Part shown: in pieces, positions 8,963 to 19,099 of the stretch
Position numbering within the stretch: position 1 is the first letter of the stretch
Layout of the letters: each line of letters begins with the position of its first letter
From: Candidatus Methylomirabilia bacterium
Lineage (GTDB): Bacteria > Methylomirabilota > Methylomirabilia > Rokubacteriales > CSP1-6
Assembly: GCA_041492755.1 (NCBI GenBank)
Contig: JBGPXN010000058.1
Span: 1-26,024 of the forward strand
Length of the DNA: 26,024 nucleotides
Direction: 5' to 3'
Notes under the pieces: generated by a model
The model's input: only the letters and a program-made list of their open reading frames with translations
Told to the model about the DNA's origin: nothing
Database searches by the model: none
Position numbers and translations under genes: made by a program

Positions 8963-9928
8963 TCACGGCAGCACGGCGTTCAGCCACCCGGTCTCGGCGG
9001 CGGCGTAGACGAGGATCATGACCAGCGCGATCACGAGCATCGCGACGCCCCCCCGCGCGGCCCAGAGAATGCCGCGCCCGGGCACGAGGCTGACCTGCCG
9101 GCGGCGCTTCCACTGCGGGCGCTCGCCCTCCTCGAGGTATTCGATGGCCTCATCGACCATGGAACGGTCCACGCGCTTCCGGCTGTCCGCATACCCGCTG
9201 ATGAGGCAGTGGTCCGCCACGATGTTGATGACGCGCGGGATGCCGCGGCTGTAGTCGACGATCTTCTGGATGGCGGCGTCGGAAAAGATGCCGGCGTCGG
9301 TGGCGCCCGCGATGCGCAGGCGGTGACGCACGTACCGGCGCGTCTCCTCGGGGGACAGCGGCGCGATGTGGCAGCGCAGCGCCACCCGCTGCTTGAGCTG
9401 CCGCAGCTCGGGGGCGTTGAGCTTGTCGCCGAGCTCGGGCTGCCCGACCAGGAGGATCTGGATCAGCTTCTGGTGCGTCGTCTCGAAGTTCGAGAGCATG
9501 CGCACCGCCTCCAGCGTCTCGATGGAGAGGTTCTGCGCCTCGTCGATGACCAGCACCGGGCTGAGGCCCTGGCGGTGCTGATCGATGAGGAACTCGTTGA
9601 GCTCGAACAGCCGCTGGGCGTGGCTGGTCGCGTTCGACTTGACCCCCCAGTCCTGCAGCACGTACTCGAGCAACCCTTCGATGGACAGCGCCGAGTTGTG
9701 GACGTACGCCACGTGGGTGTCCCGGTCCAGGCGATCGAGCAGCGTGCGCAGCAGCGTGGTCTTGCCGGTGCCGATCTCGCCGGTGAGGACGATGAAGCCT
9801 TTCCGCTCGCGCACCCCGTAGATGAGCTGGGCGAGCGCCTCCCGGTGGCGTGCGGACTGGAAGAGGAACTTCGGGTCCGGCGTCGGACTGAAGGGGGCCT
9901 CGCGCAGACCGTAGAAGCTCAGGTACAT
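8963..9928 (-). CDS. ExeA/GspA-like AAA ATPase (PEP-CTERM locus type) with C-terminal TM helix
   Basis: MYLSFYGLREAPFSPTPDP, GEIGTGKT, VLVIDEAQ, LVGQPEL, GIPRVIN; hydrophobic C-terminus. Confidence 0.92.
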   Translation of the reverse strand: MYLSFYGLREAPFSPTPDPKFLFQSARHREALAQLIYGVRERKGFIVLTGEIGTGKTTLLRTLLDRLDRDTHVAYVHNSALSIEGLLEYVLQDWGVKSNATSHAQRLFELNEFLIDQHRQGLSPVLVIDEAQNLSIETLEAVRMLSNFETTHQKLIQILLVGQPELGDKLNAPELRQLKQRVALRCHIAPLSPEETRRYVRHRLRIAGATDAGIFSDAAIQKIVDYSRGIPRVINIVADHCLISGYADSRKRVDRSMVDEAIEYLEEGERPQWKRRRQVSLVPGRGILWAARGGVAMLVIALVMILVYAAAETGWLNAVLP

Positions 9929-9930
9929 GG

Positions 9931-11610
9931 CTACCTCTTCGCGGCCAGGGTGTCGCTCGGGCTGAGGAGCCCGACGAGCGCGTAGTTGTTGCGCGCCACG
10001 GCGAACGAGCTGCCGACGACCAGCAGGAGCGCAACCGCCGCGGCCGCAGTGGCCAGACGCCGGTGCTGCATCGAGCGGGCGCGGTCGCTCTCGGTGACGA
10101 TGCGCGGAATCGTGGAGAGTACCGGCACGGGGGCGGTGGCCCGGATCTCCTCCACCGTGCGGTACGAGGTGTCGACCTGCTCGGCGATCACGACGGCCAG
10201 CACGCTGGCGCCGACGGCGAGCGCGGTGCCGAGCAGCAGCAGCCGCAGCCGGTTCGGGCCGGCCGGGCGATCGGGCAGCGCGGCCGGCTCGATGATCCGG
10301 AACGACTCGCCCTTGTGACGCTGCTCGAGGTCGGCGGCGATGTCCGCCTCGCCGCGCTTGCCGAGGAGCGAGCGGAACAGCTCGCGCGTCGTCTCGTAGT
10401 CTCGGGTGATGAGGGCCAGCTCCTGCTCGCGCTTGGGCGTGTTCTCCATGCGCCGCTGGTAGACGGCGATCTGCCGGTTGAGGCCGGCGATCTCCTCCGA
10501 CGTCGCCTTCGTGTCGACGTTGGCCTGGTCGAGCTGGGCCATCATGCTCTGGATGTAGGGGTTCTGCGGAATGACGCGGAGCTCGCGCTCCTTCTTGCCG
10601 GGCGGCGCGGTAGCCGCGATCCTGGCCGCGGCCGCCTTCTCGGTGGCGAGCTTCTTCTCGAGGTTCCTGATCTGCTCCTTGAGCGCGATCAGGTCGGGAT
10701 AGCGCGGGCCGTAGGCGACTTCCGCCTGGGCCAGCTCCTGGCGGAGCAGGTTGAGTCGGGCCGCGGTCGCCTCGGCCGCGGTCACCACGGGGCCACCGGC
10801 CCCGGCACCGCCGACGGCACCCGAGCCGGGATCGATCTCGGCGAGGCTGCGGGTGATGAGCTGCGTGCGCTCCTGGGCGCGCCGGTTGCTCTCGTAGGCG
10901 ATCTGGAGCTGCTGCTGGAGCCGCTCGAGCGTACGGAGGTTGCCCTCCCGCTGCTCGGGGAGCTCGCCCAGGTTCTTCTCCTTGTACTCGGCGATGCGAC
11001 GCTCCTGGTTCTGCAGGCGCGCGCGCACCTCCGTGAGCTGGGCCTCGAGGAACTCGGAGGTGCCCACCGCCTGCCGCTCGCGGTACCGGAGGTTTTCCTC
11101 GACGAAGAGGGAGGCCAGCCGGTTGGTGACGTCCATGGCCAGCTGGGGATGGTTGGCGGTGTAGGCAATGGTGAACGCGATCGTCTTGCCGTCACGGGTG
11201 GTGCGCTTGTTGCGGTCGGTGTCGCTCTGGAATTCGATCTTGACGTCCTTGCGCATCTGCTCCACCAGCTCGTCGGTCGAGCGCGTGGTCCGTAGATCCG
11301 GGTAGAGCTTGTGGTCGTCGATGATCTTGAGCAGCCGGGGGCGGCTCATGATCTCCTGGCTGATGCTGTGGAGCTGGCTGTCGATGTCGCTGTTGACGGT
11401 CGGGCGCACGAACGCCTCGGGGATCTGCTGCCGGTCCACGAGGATGACGGCCTTGCCCGTCCACAGCCCGGGGAGGAAGAAGGCCAGCGACGCCGCCGCG
11501 GTGATCACGAACAGGAACGGCAGGAGCGCGAGCGCGCGGCGGCGCGCCGCGATCTCGAAGACGCCGGCGAGGCCGGCGCGGCGTCCATTCGGGGGAGTCG
11601 ATGTCTGCAT
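9931..11610 (-). CDS. Polysaccharide co-polymerase / chain-length determinant (Wzz/GumC-like)
   Basis: Two TM regions flanking a long coiled coil; YGPRYPD, FRIIEPAALPxxPxGPNR. Start is ATG 11610 or GTG 11619. Confidence 0.9.
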   Translation of the reverse strand: MQTSTPPNGRRAGLAGVFEIAARRRALALLPFLFVITAAASLAFFLPGLWTGKAVILVDRQQIPEAFVRPTVNSDIDSQLHSISQEIMSRPRLLKIIDDHKLYPDLRTTRSTDELVEQMRKDVKIEFQSDTDRNKRTTRDGKTIAFTIAYTANHPQLAMDVTNRLASLFVEENLRYRERQAVGTSEFLEAQLTEVRARLQNQERRIAEYKEKNLGELPEQREGNLRTLERLQQQLQIAYESNRRAQERTQLITRSLAEIDPGSGAVGGAGAGGPVVTAAEATAARLNLLRQELAQAEVAYGPRYPDLIALKEQIRNLEKKLATEKAAAARIAATAPPGKKERELRVIPQNPYIQSMMAQLDQANVDTKATSEEIAGLNRQIAVYQRRMENTPKREQELALITRDYETTRELFRSLLGKRGEADIAADLEQRHKGESFRIIEPAALPDRPAGPNRLRLLLLGTALAVGASVLAVVIAEQVDTSYRTVEEIRATAPVPVLSTIPRIVTESDRARSMQHRRLATAAAAVALLLVVGSSFAVARNNYALVGLLSPSDTLAAKR

Positions 11611-11637
11611 GGGTGGCACCTGCTCCGATCCGGTCCG

Positions 11638-12387
11638 TTAGGGAACGACCACCACGTCGCCGGACTTCAGCACGAGATTTTCCTCACCGGAGTTGCCGAC
11701 GGCGCGGTTGTAGTTGAACTTGATCTTCTGCGTCTTGCCGTTCTCGTCGTTGCGGATGATGGTGATCTTGCTCGGCGAGGCGAAGTCACGGAACCCGCCC
11801 GCGAGCGCGATGGCCTCGAGGATGGTGGTAGCTCCGCGCAGCTCGATCACGCCCGGCCGCTGGACTTCACCCAGCACCGAAATGCGCATGCTCCGCACCT
11901 CGTTCACGGACACGGTGACTTCCGGGTTCGGCAGGAACTCGCCGAGCGCATTGGAGATCTTGTCGCGCAGCTGCATGGCGGTCAGGCCGGAGGCCTGCAC
12001 GTCGTGCAGCAGCGGCATCGAGATCTTGCCGTCCGGCCGCACCGGGGTCACGCGCGAGAGCGTCTCGTTCTTCCACACCGAGACCTGGAGGAGGTCGCCG
12101 GGGCCGATCACGTAGTCCGACGGCATCGGCGCCGAGCCGCCGCCACTGGTCACCGGCGAGGCCGAGCCACTGGTGTTGGGGCTGGCCGACCCCGGCGGAT
12201 GCACGATGGGGCGCGACGGCGACGTCGTCGCGGGTCCGGGCGCGGGCTGGGCGGCGGGACGCTGGGCCGTCCCGGTGCCGGGCGTGGGCGCCGGCTGGGC
12301 GACCGGGCGCTGAGCGTCGGCGGGGGCGGCCACGGCGAAGCCGGCGCAGAGCGCAAACGACAGAGTGGCGTACTTGAAGGTGGTCAT
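11638..12387 (-). CDS. wza: Short OPX/Wza-family polysaccharide export protein (PES + SLBB)
   Basis: Sec signal (ADA/Q), Pro/Thr-rich linker, YVIGPGDLL, VRPDGKISMPLL, VLGEVQRPG, ends GDVVVVP. Confidence 0.9.
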   Translation of the reverse strand: MTTFKYATLSFALCAGFAVAAPADAQRPVAQPAPTPGTGTAQRPAAQPAPGPATTSPSRPIVHPPGSASPNTSGSASPVTSGGGSAPMPSDYVIGPGDLLQVSVWKNETLSRVTPVRPDGKISMPLLHDVQASGLTAMQLRDKISNALGEFLPNPEVTVSVNEVRSMRISVLGEVQRPGVIELRGATTILEAIALAGGFRDFASPSKITIIRNDENGKTQKIKFNYNRAVGNSGEENLVLKSGDVVVVP

Positions 12388-12415
12388 GCGTCGTTCCCTC
12401 CGGTGGCGGCCACCT

Positions 12416-13858
<1,443 letters not shown>

Positions 13859-13877
13859 GGGATTTCCCTGTGTGATG

Positions 13878-13892
13878 GCAAAGGGCATGCCG
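13878..13892 (-). promoter_or_regulatory. Sigma54 -24/-12 promoter (putative) for the bEBP-wza operon
   Basis: Minus strand CGGCATGCCCTTTGC (GG-N10-GC), about 20 nt upstream of ATG 13858. Confidence 0.6.
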
Positions 13893-13974
13893 GCCCGGGC
13901 GGTGGACGTTGGGGCGAAGCCCGGCCGCCGCCAGGGGAGGGCGCTGCCCGATGCCAGTAAAGGTTTGGGGTGCA

Positions 13975-15330
13975 TCAACCCGGCCGCTTCCCGCCGAGGA
14001 CGAACTTCACGGTGTCGAACAGGATGCGGAGGTCGAAGTGGATGGAGAGGTGCTTGACGTAATAGAGGTCCCAGCACAGCTTCCGCTTCGTTTCCTCGAT
14101 GCCCATGGTGTAGCCCGCCTTGACCTGCGCCCAGCCGGTGAGCCCGGGTCGCACCTCGTGGCGGAGGTCGTAGAACGGGATGGCGGCGGCGTAGGCGTTC
14201 ACGATGTGCGGGATCTCCGGACGCGGGCCGACCAGGCTCATGTCACCGCGAAGGATGTTGATGAACTGTGGGATCTCGTCGAGCCGGTACTTCCGGAGGA
14301 TGCGGCCGACGCGCGTGACCCGCGAAGTGTTGTCCCGGAGGTACCCCTCGTCGTCGGCGGTCACCACGCGCATCGTGCGGAACTTGATGAGCCGGAACGG
14401 CTTGCCGCCGAGTCCGACGCGCTCCTGGATGAAGAAGGCGCCGCCCGGCGTCTCCAGGCGGATGAGCAGCACGATGAGGCCGATCACGGGCGCGGCCACC
14501 ACCAGCGCGGCGAGCGCGATGACCAGGCCGAGCACGCGCTTGATGGCGAGCCGCGTGCGCGTGACGCCAAAGCCGTCGCCGAAGATGAGCGCGCTCGGCG
14601 TGAGCGCTTCGACGGGCAGGCGGCGGCAGAACCGCTCGTAGGCCTGGATGCCGTCGTCGATGGCGAGGCCGCGCACGCGGCACGCGAGCAGATCGGCGAC
14701 GGGCAGCGTGCCGCGCCGGTCGGGCATGGCCACGATGACGCGATCGGCGCGATGGCGCCGGACGACGGCGCCGACGTCGGCGCACCCGCCCAGTCGCGGG
14801 CCGAGCACGCCGCCGGCCATACCGTCGCCGAGAAAGCCGAGGACGGTGCAGGCGAGGTCCGGCCGCGTCCGGATGTGACGGGCGAGGTCGAGGGCCAGCG
14901 CGCCCTGGCCCATGATGAGCACGCGCTGGGTGAACGGCGCCCGCTTGGCCAGCGCGTAGATCGCGCCGCGCATGGCGAACAGCGTCAGCAGCAGCGCAAC
15001 CAGCGCATACGACGTCAGGTTGCCGTGGATCATCAGGGCCGGGAACATCAGGTAGACCGCGCCCAGGATGAGCGCGCTCGAGCCGAGGGCCCGGCAGAGG
15101 CGACCAAAGAGCCCCGCGACGTCGTGGGGGGTGTCGAAGTCGTACAGGTCGTTGAAGTAGAGCGCGGCCATGCAGACGACGGTGATGATCGCCATTCGCG
15201 CGCCCAGCGCCCACGGCGGCTCCGCCGTCGGCGCGGCGGGGACGAACACGAGAAGAGCGACACTGAGCACGCCGAACGTGGATGCGGTTTCGAGCCAGGC
15301 CAGCTTTGGCGCGAGTGACGAGGCCTTCAT
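13975..15330 (-). CDS. Priming undecaprenyl-phosphate glycosylphosphotransferase (WcaJ/WbaP-like; PEP-CTERM sugar-transferase type)
   Basis: Start re-assigned to ATG 15330 (MKASSLAPK), downstream of a sigma54 promoter. N-terminal TMs, KFRTM, RKYRLDEIPQFINILRGDMSLVGPRPE, RPGLTGWAQV, DLYYVKH. Confidence 0.92.
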   Translation of the reverse strand: MKASSLAPKLAWLETASTFGVLSVALLVFVPAAPTAEPPWALGARMAIITVVCMAALYFNDLYDFDTPHDVAGLFGRLCRALGSSALILGAVYLMFPALMIHGNLTSYALVALLLTLFAMRGAIYALAKRAPFTQRVLIMGQGALALDLARHIRTRPDLACTVLGFLGDGMAGGVLGPRLGGCADVGAVVRRHRADRVIVAMPDRRGTLPVADLLACRVRGLAIDDGIQAYERFCRRLPVEALTPSALIFGDGFGVTRTRLAIKRVLGLVIALAALVVAAPVIGLIVLLIRLETPGGAFFIQERVGLGGKPFRLIKFRTMRVVTADDEGYLRDNTSRVTRVGRILRKYRLDEIPQFINILRGDMSLVGPRPEIPHIVNAYAAAIPFYDLRHEVRPGLTGWAQVKAGYTMGIEETKRKLCWDLYYVKHLSIHFDLRILFDTVKFVLGGKRPG

Positions 15331-15360
15331 TTGTATGACTTTTCCGACAGAGGTGACATC

Positions 15361-15375
15361 GCAAGGGCAATGCCA
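15361..15375 (-). promoter_or_regulatory. Sigma54 -24/-12 promoter for the priming sugar transferase
   Basis: Minus strand TGGCATTGCCCTTGC, a near-consensus TGGCAC-N5-TTGC, 30 nt before the ATG. Confidence 0.8.
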
Positions 15376-15473
15376 AACCTCGTAAATTCCCGCAGACATG
15401 GGGCTCCGAGACGCCTTCCCATCGGCTGAGCGCTCACTCCGGCGCCCGTGCTCGATCGATTTCGGGCAAAACC

Positions 15474-15510
15474 AGCAATTGCGTGCACCCGTCGTACGCA
15501 ATGCGTTGCA
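15474..15510. promoter_or_regulatory. Putative tandem enhancer (UAS) sites
   Basis: AGCAATTGCGTGCA (15474-15487) and CGCAATGCGTTGCA (15497-15510), 23 bp apart, about 125-160 bp upstream of the predicted sigma54 TSS. Confidence 0.4.
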
Positions 15511-15739
15511 AAGTCCACGGACGCGGACGAGAGACGGAACTACAACGAGCGAAGCGGCGCCGGGCTCACGAGGCGCCGGCCGAGTACCCGAGTGCGGGGT
15601 CGAGCACCAGACGTGCTCGGGCGCGGGACGAGTGTGGTGGAAATCGAGCCCGGAGGTCGCTGCCGTGCGAAACGTGATCGGTGGAGCGCGGGATCGAGAG
15701 AGCGTCGAGGACGAGCGTGCGGCCAAGCGGCGGACGAAC

Positions 15740-15893
15740 TACTCAGAGGTATGAGGGAATTCGCGGAGGGCCACGGCTCCGCCGGGGCGTTCCGAGCGCG
15801 GGGGGGAGGGAATTCGAGGAGCGCCACGGCTCCGCCGGGGCGTTCCGAGGGGGGGGTATGGGGGGCCATTTCGGGGCCCCCCATGTACTCAGA
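15740..15893. repeat. Tandem 53-bp REP-like repeat plus G/C hairpin, flanked by an 8-bp direct repeat
   Basis: Units start at 15753 and 15806 (GAGGGAATTCG.GGAG.GCCACGGCTCCGCCGGGGCGTTCCGAG). Perfect 10-bp IR ATGGGGGGCC/GGCCCCCCAT at 15858-15884. TACTCAGA at 15740-15747 and 15886-15893. Confidence 0.8.
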
Positions 15894-17145
15894 AGCGGAT
15901 CGGGTAGCCGAACTGAATACCGAGGAAGACCCGGTTCTGGTCCACGTCGGTCGCGAAGTTGGATGTGTTGTCGCGGCGGTCGGAGCTCTGGTGGAAGAAG
16001 TTGTAGCCACCGGCGGCGGCGATCCACTCATTGAAGCGGTAGATCGCGCGCAGGCTCAGCGTGACCGTCTGGACGTCGATACGATCCTGACCGTTGCCGG
16101 CCTGGTCGCCCCGGACCGAGGTGAATCGCGGCGAGAACTCGAGGGCCAAGCCGCGCGCGAGGCCCGTCACCTGGACGAGGCCGCGGAGGACGTCGTTCTC
16201 CGTGGTGCCGCCCAGTCCGCCGGCGGTGCCGACCGTGTGGTCGTACTGCCCGCTCAGCGATCCCCACTTGAAGCGGTCCGTGATCGAGATGCTCGCGAAC
16301 GGCCGGACCTCCGTATCGCCGTCACGCACCTCGAGGGTGGGACCCGCCGCCACCGCGCCGGTCAGCGTCGGCGTGAACCGGTAGGTCGCGCCGAGTCGCA
16401 GCGTATGCGTGGTGGAATTGGACTCACGCTGGATGTCGAAGTACTGGAACGTGTAGCCGACCGTGCCCGTCAGGAGGGGAGTCAGTCGATGGTCGAACGA
16501 CAGGTCACCGCGATAGATGTCGGACCCTCGCAGCTCGTCGGCCTCGAATTCCTGGTGCGTGACCGACGTGGTCACGCGCATGGCGGTGAGCGACGTGAGC
16601 TGATAGGAGAGGGCGGGGGTGATGGTATTGCTCAGCGCGCGCGTGCGGCCGGTCGAGACCCCTTCCTCCGTCACGACGTTCGTATCGGTGCTGGAAACGA
16701 AGCTGTCGGCGAGGCTGAGGGTGAGACGGGGGGTCACCCGCCAGGCGCCGTTCAGAAAGAAGTCCTGGCGGCGCAGGACCTGGTCGAGCTCGCTGTGATC
16801 GGCGTAGAGCTCCGACGTGAATCGGTACAGCGCGGTTACCTCGTAGTCTCCCCGCGCGAACGTCACCTCGAGACCGGGCGTGAACCCGGTGATGAAATCG
16901 GACTTCTTGTTGCTGTTGGTCAGGAAGATATTGTCGTTGTACTCCTCGCTGATCGTGAACGTGGGCGTCAGCGTGATCGGCGCGCGGCGCGGCAGCTCTT
17001 CTCCGGGGAGCCCGGGACCGAGCGGCACCGGGTTGAGGGTGGTGGGGCCGGGCGGCGTCTGACCGGCGAGCTGCGCCCAGGCCGGCGGAATCGCGCCGAC
17101 ACAGAGCAGGCACCCCGCCAGGACGGCCACTCTAAATGAAGGCAC
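15889..17145 (-). CDS. Outer-membrane beta-barrel of EPS locus (PEP-CTERM-associated / EpsX-like porin)
   Basis: Signal peptide (AWA/Q), EEYNDNIF...SDFIT.FTPG N-terminal motif, alternating amphipathic strands, C-terminal aromatic (FGYPIRF). Confidence 0.82.
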   Translation of the reverse strand: MPSFRVAVLAGCLLCVGAIPPAWAQLAGQTPPGPTTLNPVPLGPGLPGEELPRRAPITLTPTFTISEEYNDNIFLTNSNKKSDFITGFTPGLEVTFARGDYEVTALYRFTSELYADHSELDQVLRRQDFFLNGAWRVTPRLTLSLADSFVSSTDTNVVTEEGVSTGRTRALSNTITPALSYQLTSLTAMRVTTSVTHQEFEADELRGSDIYRGDLSFDHRLTPLLTGTVGYTFQYFDIQRESNSTTHTLRLGATYRFTPTLTGAVAAGPTLEVRDGDTEVRPFASISITDRFKWGSLSGQYDHTVGTAGGLGGTTENDVLRGLVQVTGLARGLALEFSPRFTSVRGDQAGNGQDRIDVQTVTLSLRAIYRFNEWIAAAGGYNFFHQSSDRRDNTSNFATDVDQNRVFLGIQFGYPIRF

Positions 17146-17189
17146 GACCTGTAGGTATCACATCATCCGGATGGCCGGAAAGGCCTTTT

Positions 17190-17549
17190 TCAGTCGGTGG
17201 CGTCCAACCGCTTCAGCGCCTGTTGATAGTGCGTCAGCGGCGCGGGCTTCGGAATCACGTCGACCGCGCCCATTCGCTTCACTTCTTCCACTTCGTCCGG
17301 CGTGGCGTGGCCCGTGATCACCACGACGGGGAGCGCCGGCTTGAGTCGCTTCACCTCGGACAGAACGTCGAGCCCGTTCATGCCGGGCATCGAGACGTCG
17401 AGAAAGAGCGCATCGAGATGCGTGCGCCCGACCAGCTCCAGTGCTTCTTCGCCTGAATGGGCGATCGTCGTGCGGTGGCCCTCGCGGTTGAGGGAGCGGG
17501 CGAGCATCTCGGCCACCTGCGGTTCGTCGTCGACGATGAGGATGTCCAT
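17190..17549 (-). CDS. Stand-alone response regulator receiver (CheY-like)
   Basis: ILIVDD, LFLDVSMPGMNG (phospho-Asp), VITGH, IPKP; RBS GGAGG. Confidence 0.93.
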   Translation of the reverse strand: MDILIVDDEPQVAEMLARSLNREGHRTTIAHSGEEALELVGRTHLDALFLDVSMPGMNGLDVLSEVKRLKPALPVVVITGHATPDEVEEVKRMGAVDVIPKPAPLTHYQQALKRLDATD

Positions 17550-17572
17550 GGAATTTATTCCTCCCTGAGCGA

Positions 17573-17608
17573 TGTAGTTCCTACAAGGCCAATCACGTAA
17601 TTTCTACA
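17573..17608. promoter_or_regulatory. Putative tandem bEBP enhancer sites (TGT-N7-ACA type)
   Basis: TGTAGTTCCTACA (17573-17585, perfect 5-bp arms) and CGTAATTTCTACA (17596-17608), 23 bp apart, about 100-135 bp upstream of the predicted sigma54 TSS. Confidence 0.55.
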
Positions 17609-17683
17609 TACTCCGACGGGCGCTGGTTTACTTCTCGGTTCGCAACTATGTGTAATCGTTCCCCGGAAGACTGAGGAAATGTT

Positions 17684-17699
17684 TGGCATTTTCCGTGCA
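17684..17699 (+). promoter_or_regulatory. Sigma54 -24/-12 promoter for the second bEBP
   Basis: TGGCATTTTCCGTGCA (GG-N10-GC). Confidence 0.7.
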
Positions 17700-17713
17700 C
17701 CCTCCTGCACACC

Positions 17714-18793
17714 ATGACACGCGAACCTGTGCTCACCGACTTCGAGAGAGACGTGATGAGTGACGGCCTTGACCTCTGCACCAGTTCGAAGATGCAGCCC
17801 ATCCGCGAGCTCATCGGCAAGGTCGCGAGCACCAACACCACCGTGTTGCTCCGGGGCGAGAGCGGCGTCGGCAAGGAAGTCGTGGCGCGCGCCCTTCACC
17901 GCGCGTCGCCGCGTGCGGCCAAGCAGTTCCTGAAGGTCAACTGCGCGGCGCTGCCGGGCGAGCTGCTCGAGTCCGAGCTGTTCGGTCACGAGAAGGGCGC
18001 CTTCACGGGCGCCTATCGCCAGAAGCCCGGCAAGTTCGAGGTGACCGACGGCGGCACCCTGCTCCTCGACGAAATCGGCGAGCTGCCGTTGCGGCTGCAG
18101 GCCAAGCTCCTGCACGTCCTGCAGGACGGCGAGTTCTCGCGCGTCGGCGGCGAGAAGATCATCGACACGGACGTCCGGCTGATCGCGGCCACCAACCGCG
18201 ATCTCGAAGCCGGCATGCGCGCGCATCAGTTCCGCGAGGACCTCTACTATCGGCTCAACGTCATCGAGCTGCGGATCCCGCCCCTGCGCGAGCGTCGCGA
18301 AGAGATCGCCCCTCTCCTCGAGCACTTCCGCCGGAAGTTCAACGCCCAGTACACGCGCAACGTCGAGATCCCAAGCGAGACGGTGCGCGCGTTCGTCGAC
18401 TATCACTGGCCGGGCAACATCCGGGAGCTCGAGAACAACGTCAAGCGCATCGTCGTCCTCGGCAGCGCCCGGACCGTCCATCAGGAGATCGTGGCCAACC
18501 TCGGCCGTGGAGTCCGGACCACCAGCCCGGCCGTAGTCGCCGCCGCCGCGACCGTGGACCCGAACGCGGCGATCGGTCTCAAGGACATCGCCCGCCAGGC
18601 CGCCCGCGACGCCGAGCGCGTCGCCATCAAGGACATGCTCGACCGCGTGCACTGGAACCGTGCGAAGGCCGCGCGTCTCCTGCAGATCAGCTACAAGGCG
18701 CTGCTCTACAAGATCGTTCAGTGCGGGCTGGTGACGCCGGAGGAAAAGGAGCGGGCCGCGGAAGCTCCGCACGAGGAGGCCGTCGCCTCCTAG
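17714..18793 (+). CDS. Sigma54-dependent activator lacking an N-terminal regulatory domain (AAA+ and HTH only)
   Basis: GESGVGKE about 45 aa from the N-terminus, [24 protein letters not shown]. Alternative start ATG 17756 with a GAGAGA RBS. Confidence 0.92.
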   Translation: MTREPVLTDFERDVMSDGLDLCTSSKMQPIRELIGKVASTNTTVLLRGESGVGKEVVARALHRASPRAAKQFLKVNCAALPGELLESELFGHEKGAFTGAYRQKPGKFEVTDGGTLLLDEIGELPLRLQAKLLHVLQDGEFSRVGGEKIIDTDVRLIAATNRDLEAGMRAHQFREDLYYRLNVIELRIPPLRERREEIAPLLEHFRRKFNAQYTRNVEIPSETVRAFVDYHWPGNIRELENNVKRIVVLGSARTVHQEIVANLGRGVRTTSPAVVAAAATVDPNAAIGLKDIARQAARDAERVAIKDMLDRVHWNRAKAARLLQISYKALLYKIVQCGLVTPEEKERAAEAPHEEAVAS

Positions 18794-18796
18794 CCT

Positions 18797-18933
18797 GGAG
18801 ATGGGGGGACGGGGTCCCTCTGACCACAGCCGACGGCGTACCGATCGCCGGCGAGCCGTTCCCATTCCATACGGCGATGTCGTCCTCTCGCGTGGCGGGA
18901 AATGGGTCACCCGGACCCCATCCCCCCATCTCC
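18797..18933. mobile_element. MITE-like element with 21-bp terminal inverted repeats
   Basis: GGAGATGGGGGGACGGGGTCC (18797-18817) vs GGACCCCATCCCCCCATCTCC (18913-18933), 20/21 match, extended by TGACC/GGTCA. Begins 3 nt after the bEBP stop codon. Confidence 0.65.
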
Positions 18934-18994
18934 GGCCATGCCCCCCGGTCGATCGCGGTGTGCGCGTTCACGAATAATCCAGGCTAGGTTGAGG

Positions 18995-19075
18995 CTAGGC
19001 TCGGCCGCGGACGAAGCGCTCGCGCACGGCAAGCCCAGTGAGGAGCACGAAGTAGAGCGCGACGCGTAGGATCAT
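18995..19075 (-). CDS. Putative 26-aa small membrane peptide (MILRVALYFVLLTGLAVRERFVRGRA)
   Basis: ATG 19075 with GGAGG 8 nt upstream and a sigma54 promoter directly upstream; hydrophobic stretch followed by a basic tail. Confidence 0.5.
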   Translation of the reverse strand: MILRVALYFVLLTGLAVRERFVRGRA

Positions 19076-19099
19076 CGATCGGGCCTCCGCGGAGATGGG

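Noticed and set aside
15464..15525. GGCAAAACC...GCAAAGTCCACGG resembling a c-di-GMP-I riboswitch
   Set aside because: No GNRA tetraloop/receptor, and it lies on the strand opposite the EPS genes. Better explained as enhancer sites; an Rfam scan would settle it.
15753..15858. Tandem repeat considered as a CRISPR array
   Set aside because: Only two directly adjacent units, no unique spacers and no cas genes.
18995..19075. 26-aa peptide as a PEP-CTERM sorting signal
   Set aside because: No PEP motif and no upstream passenger domain or signal peptide.
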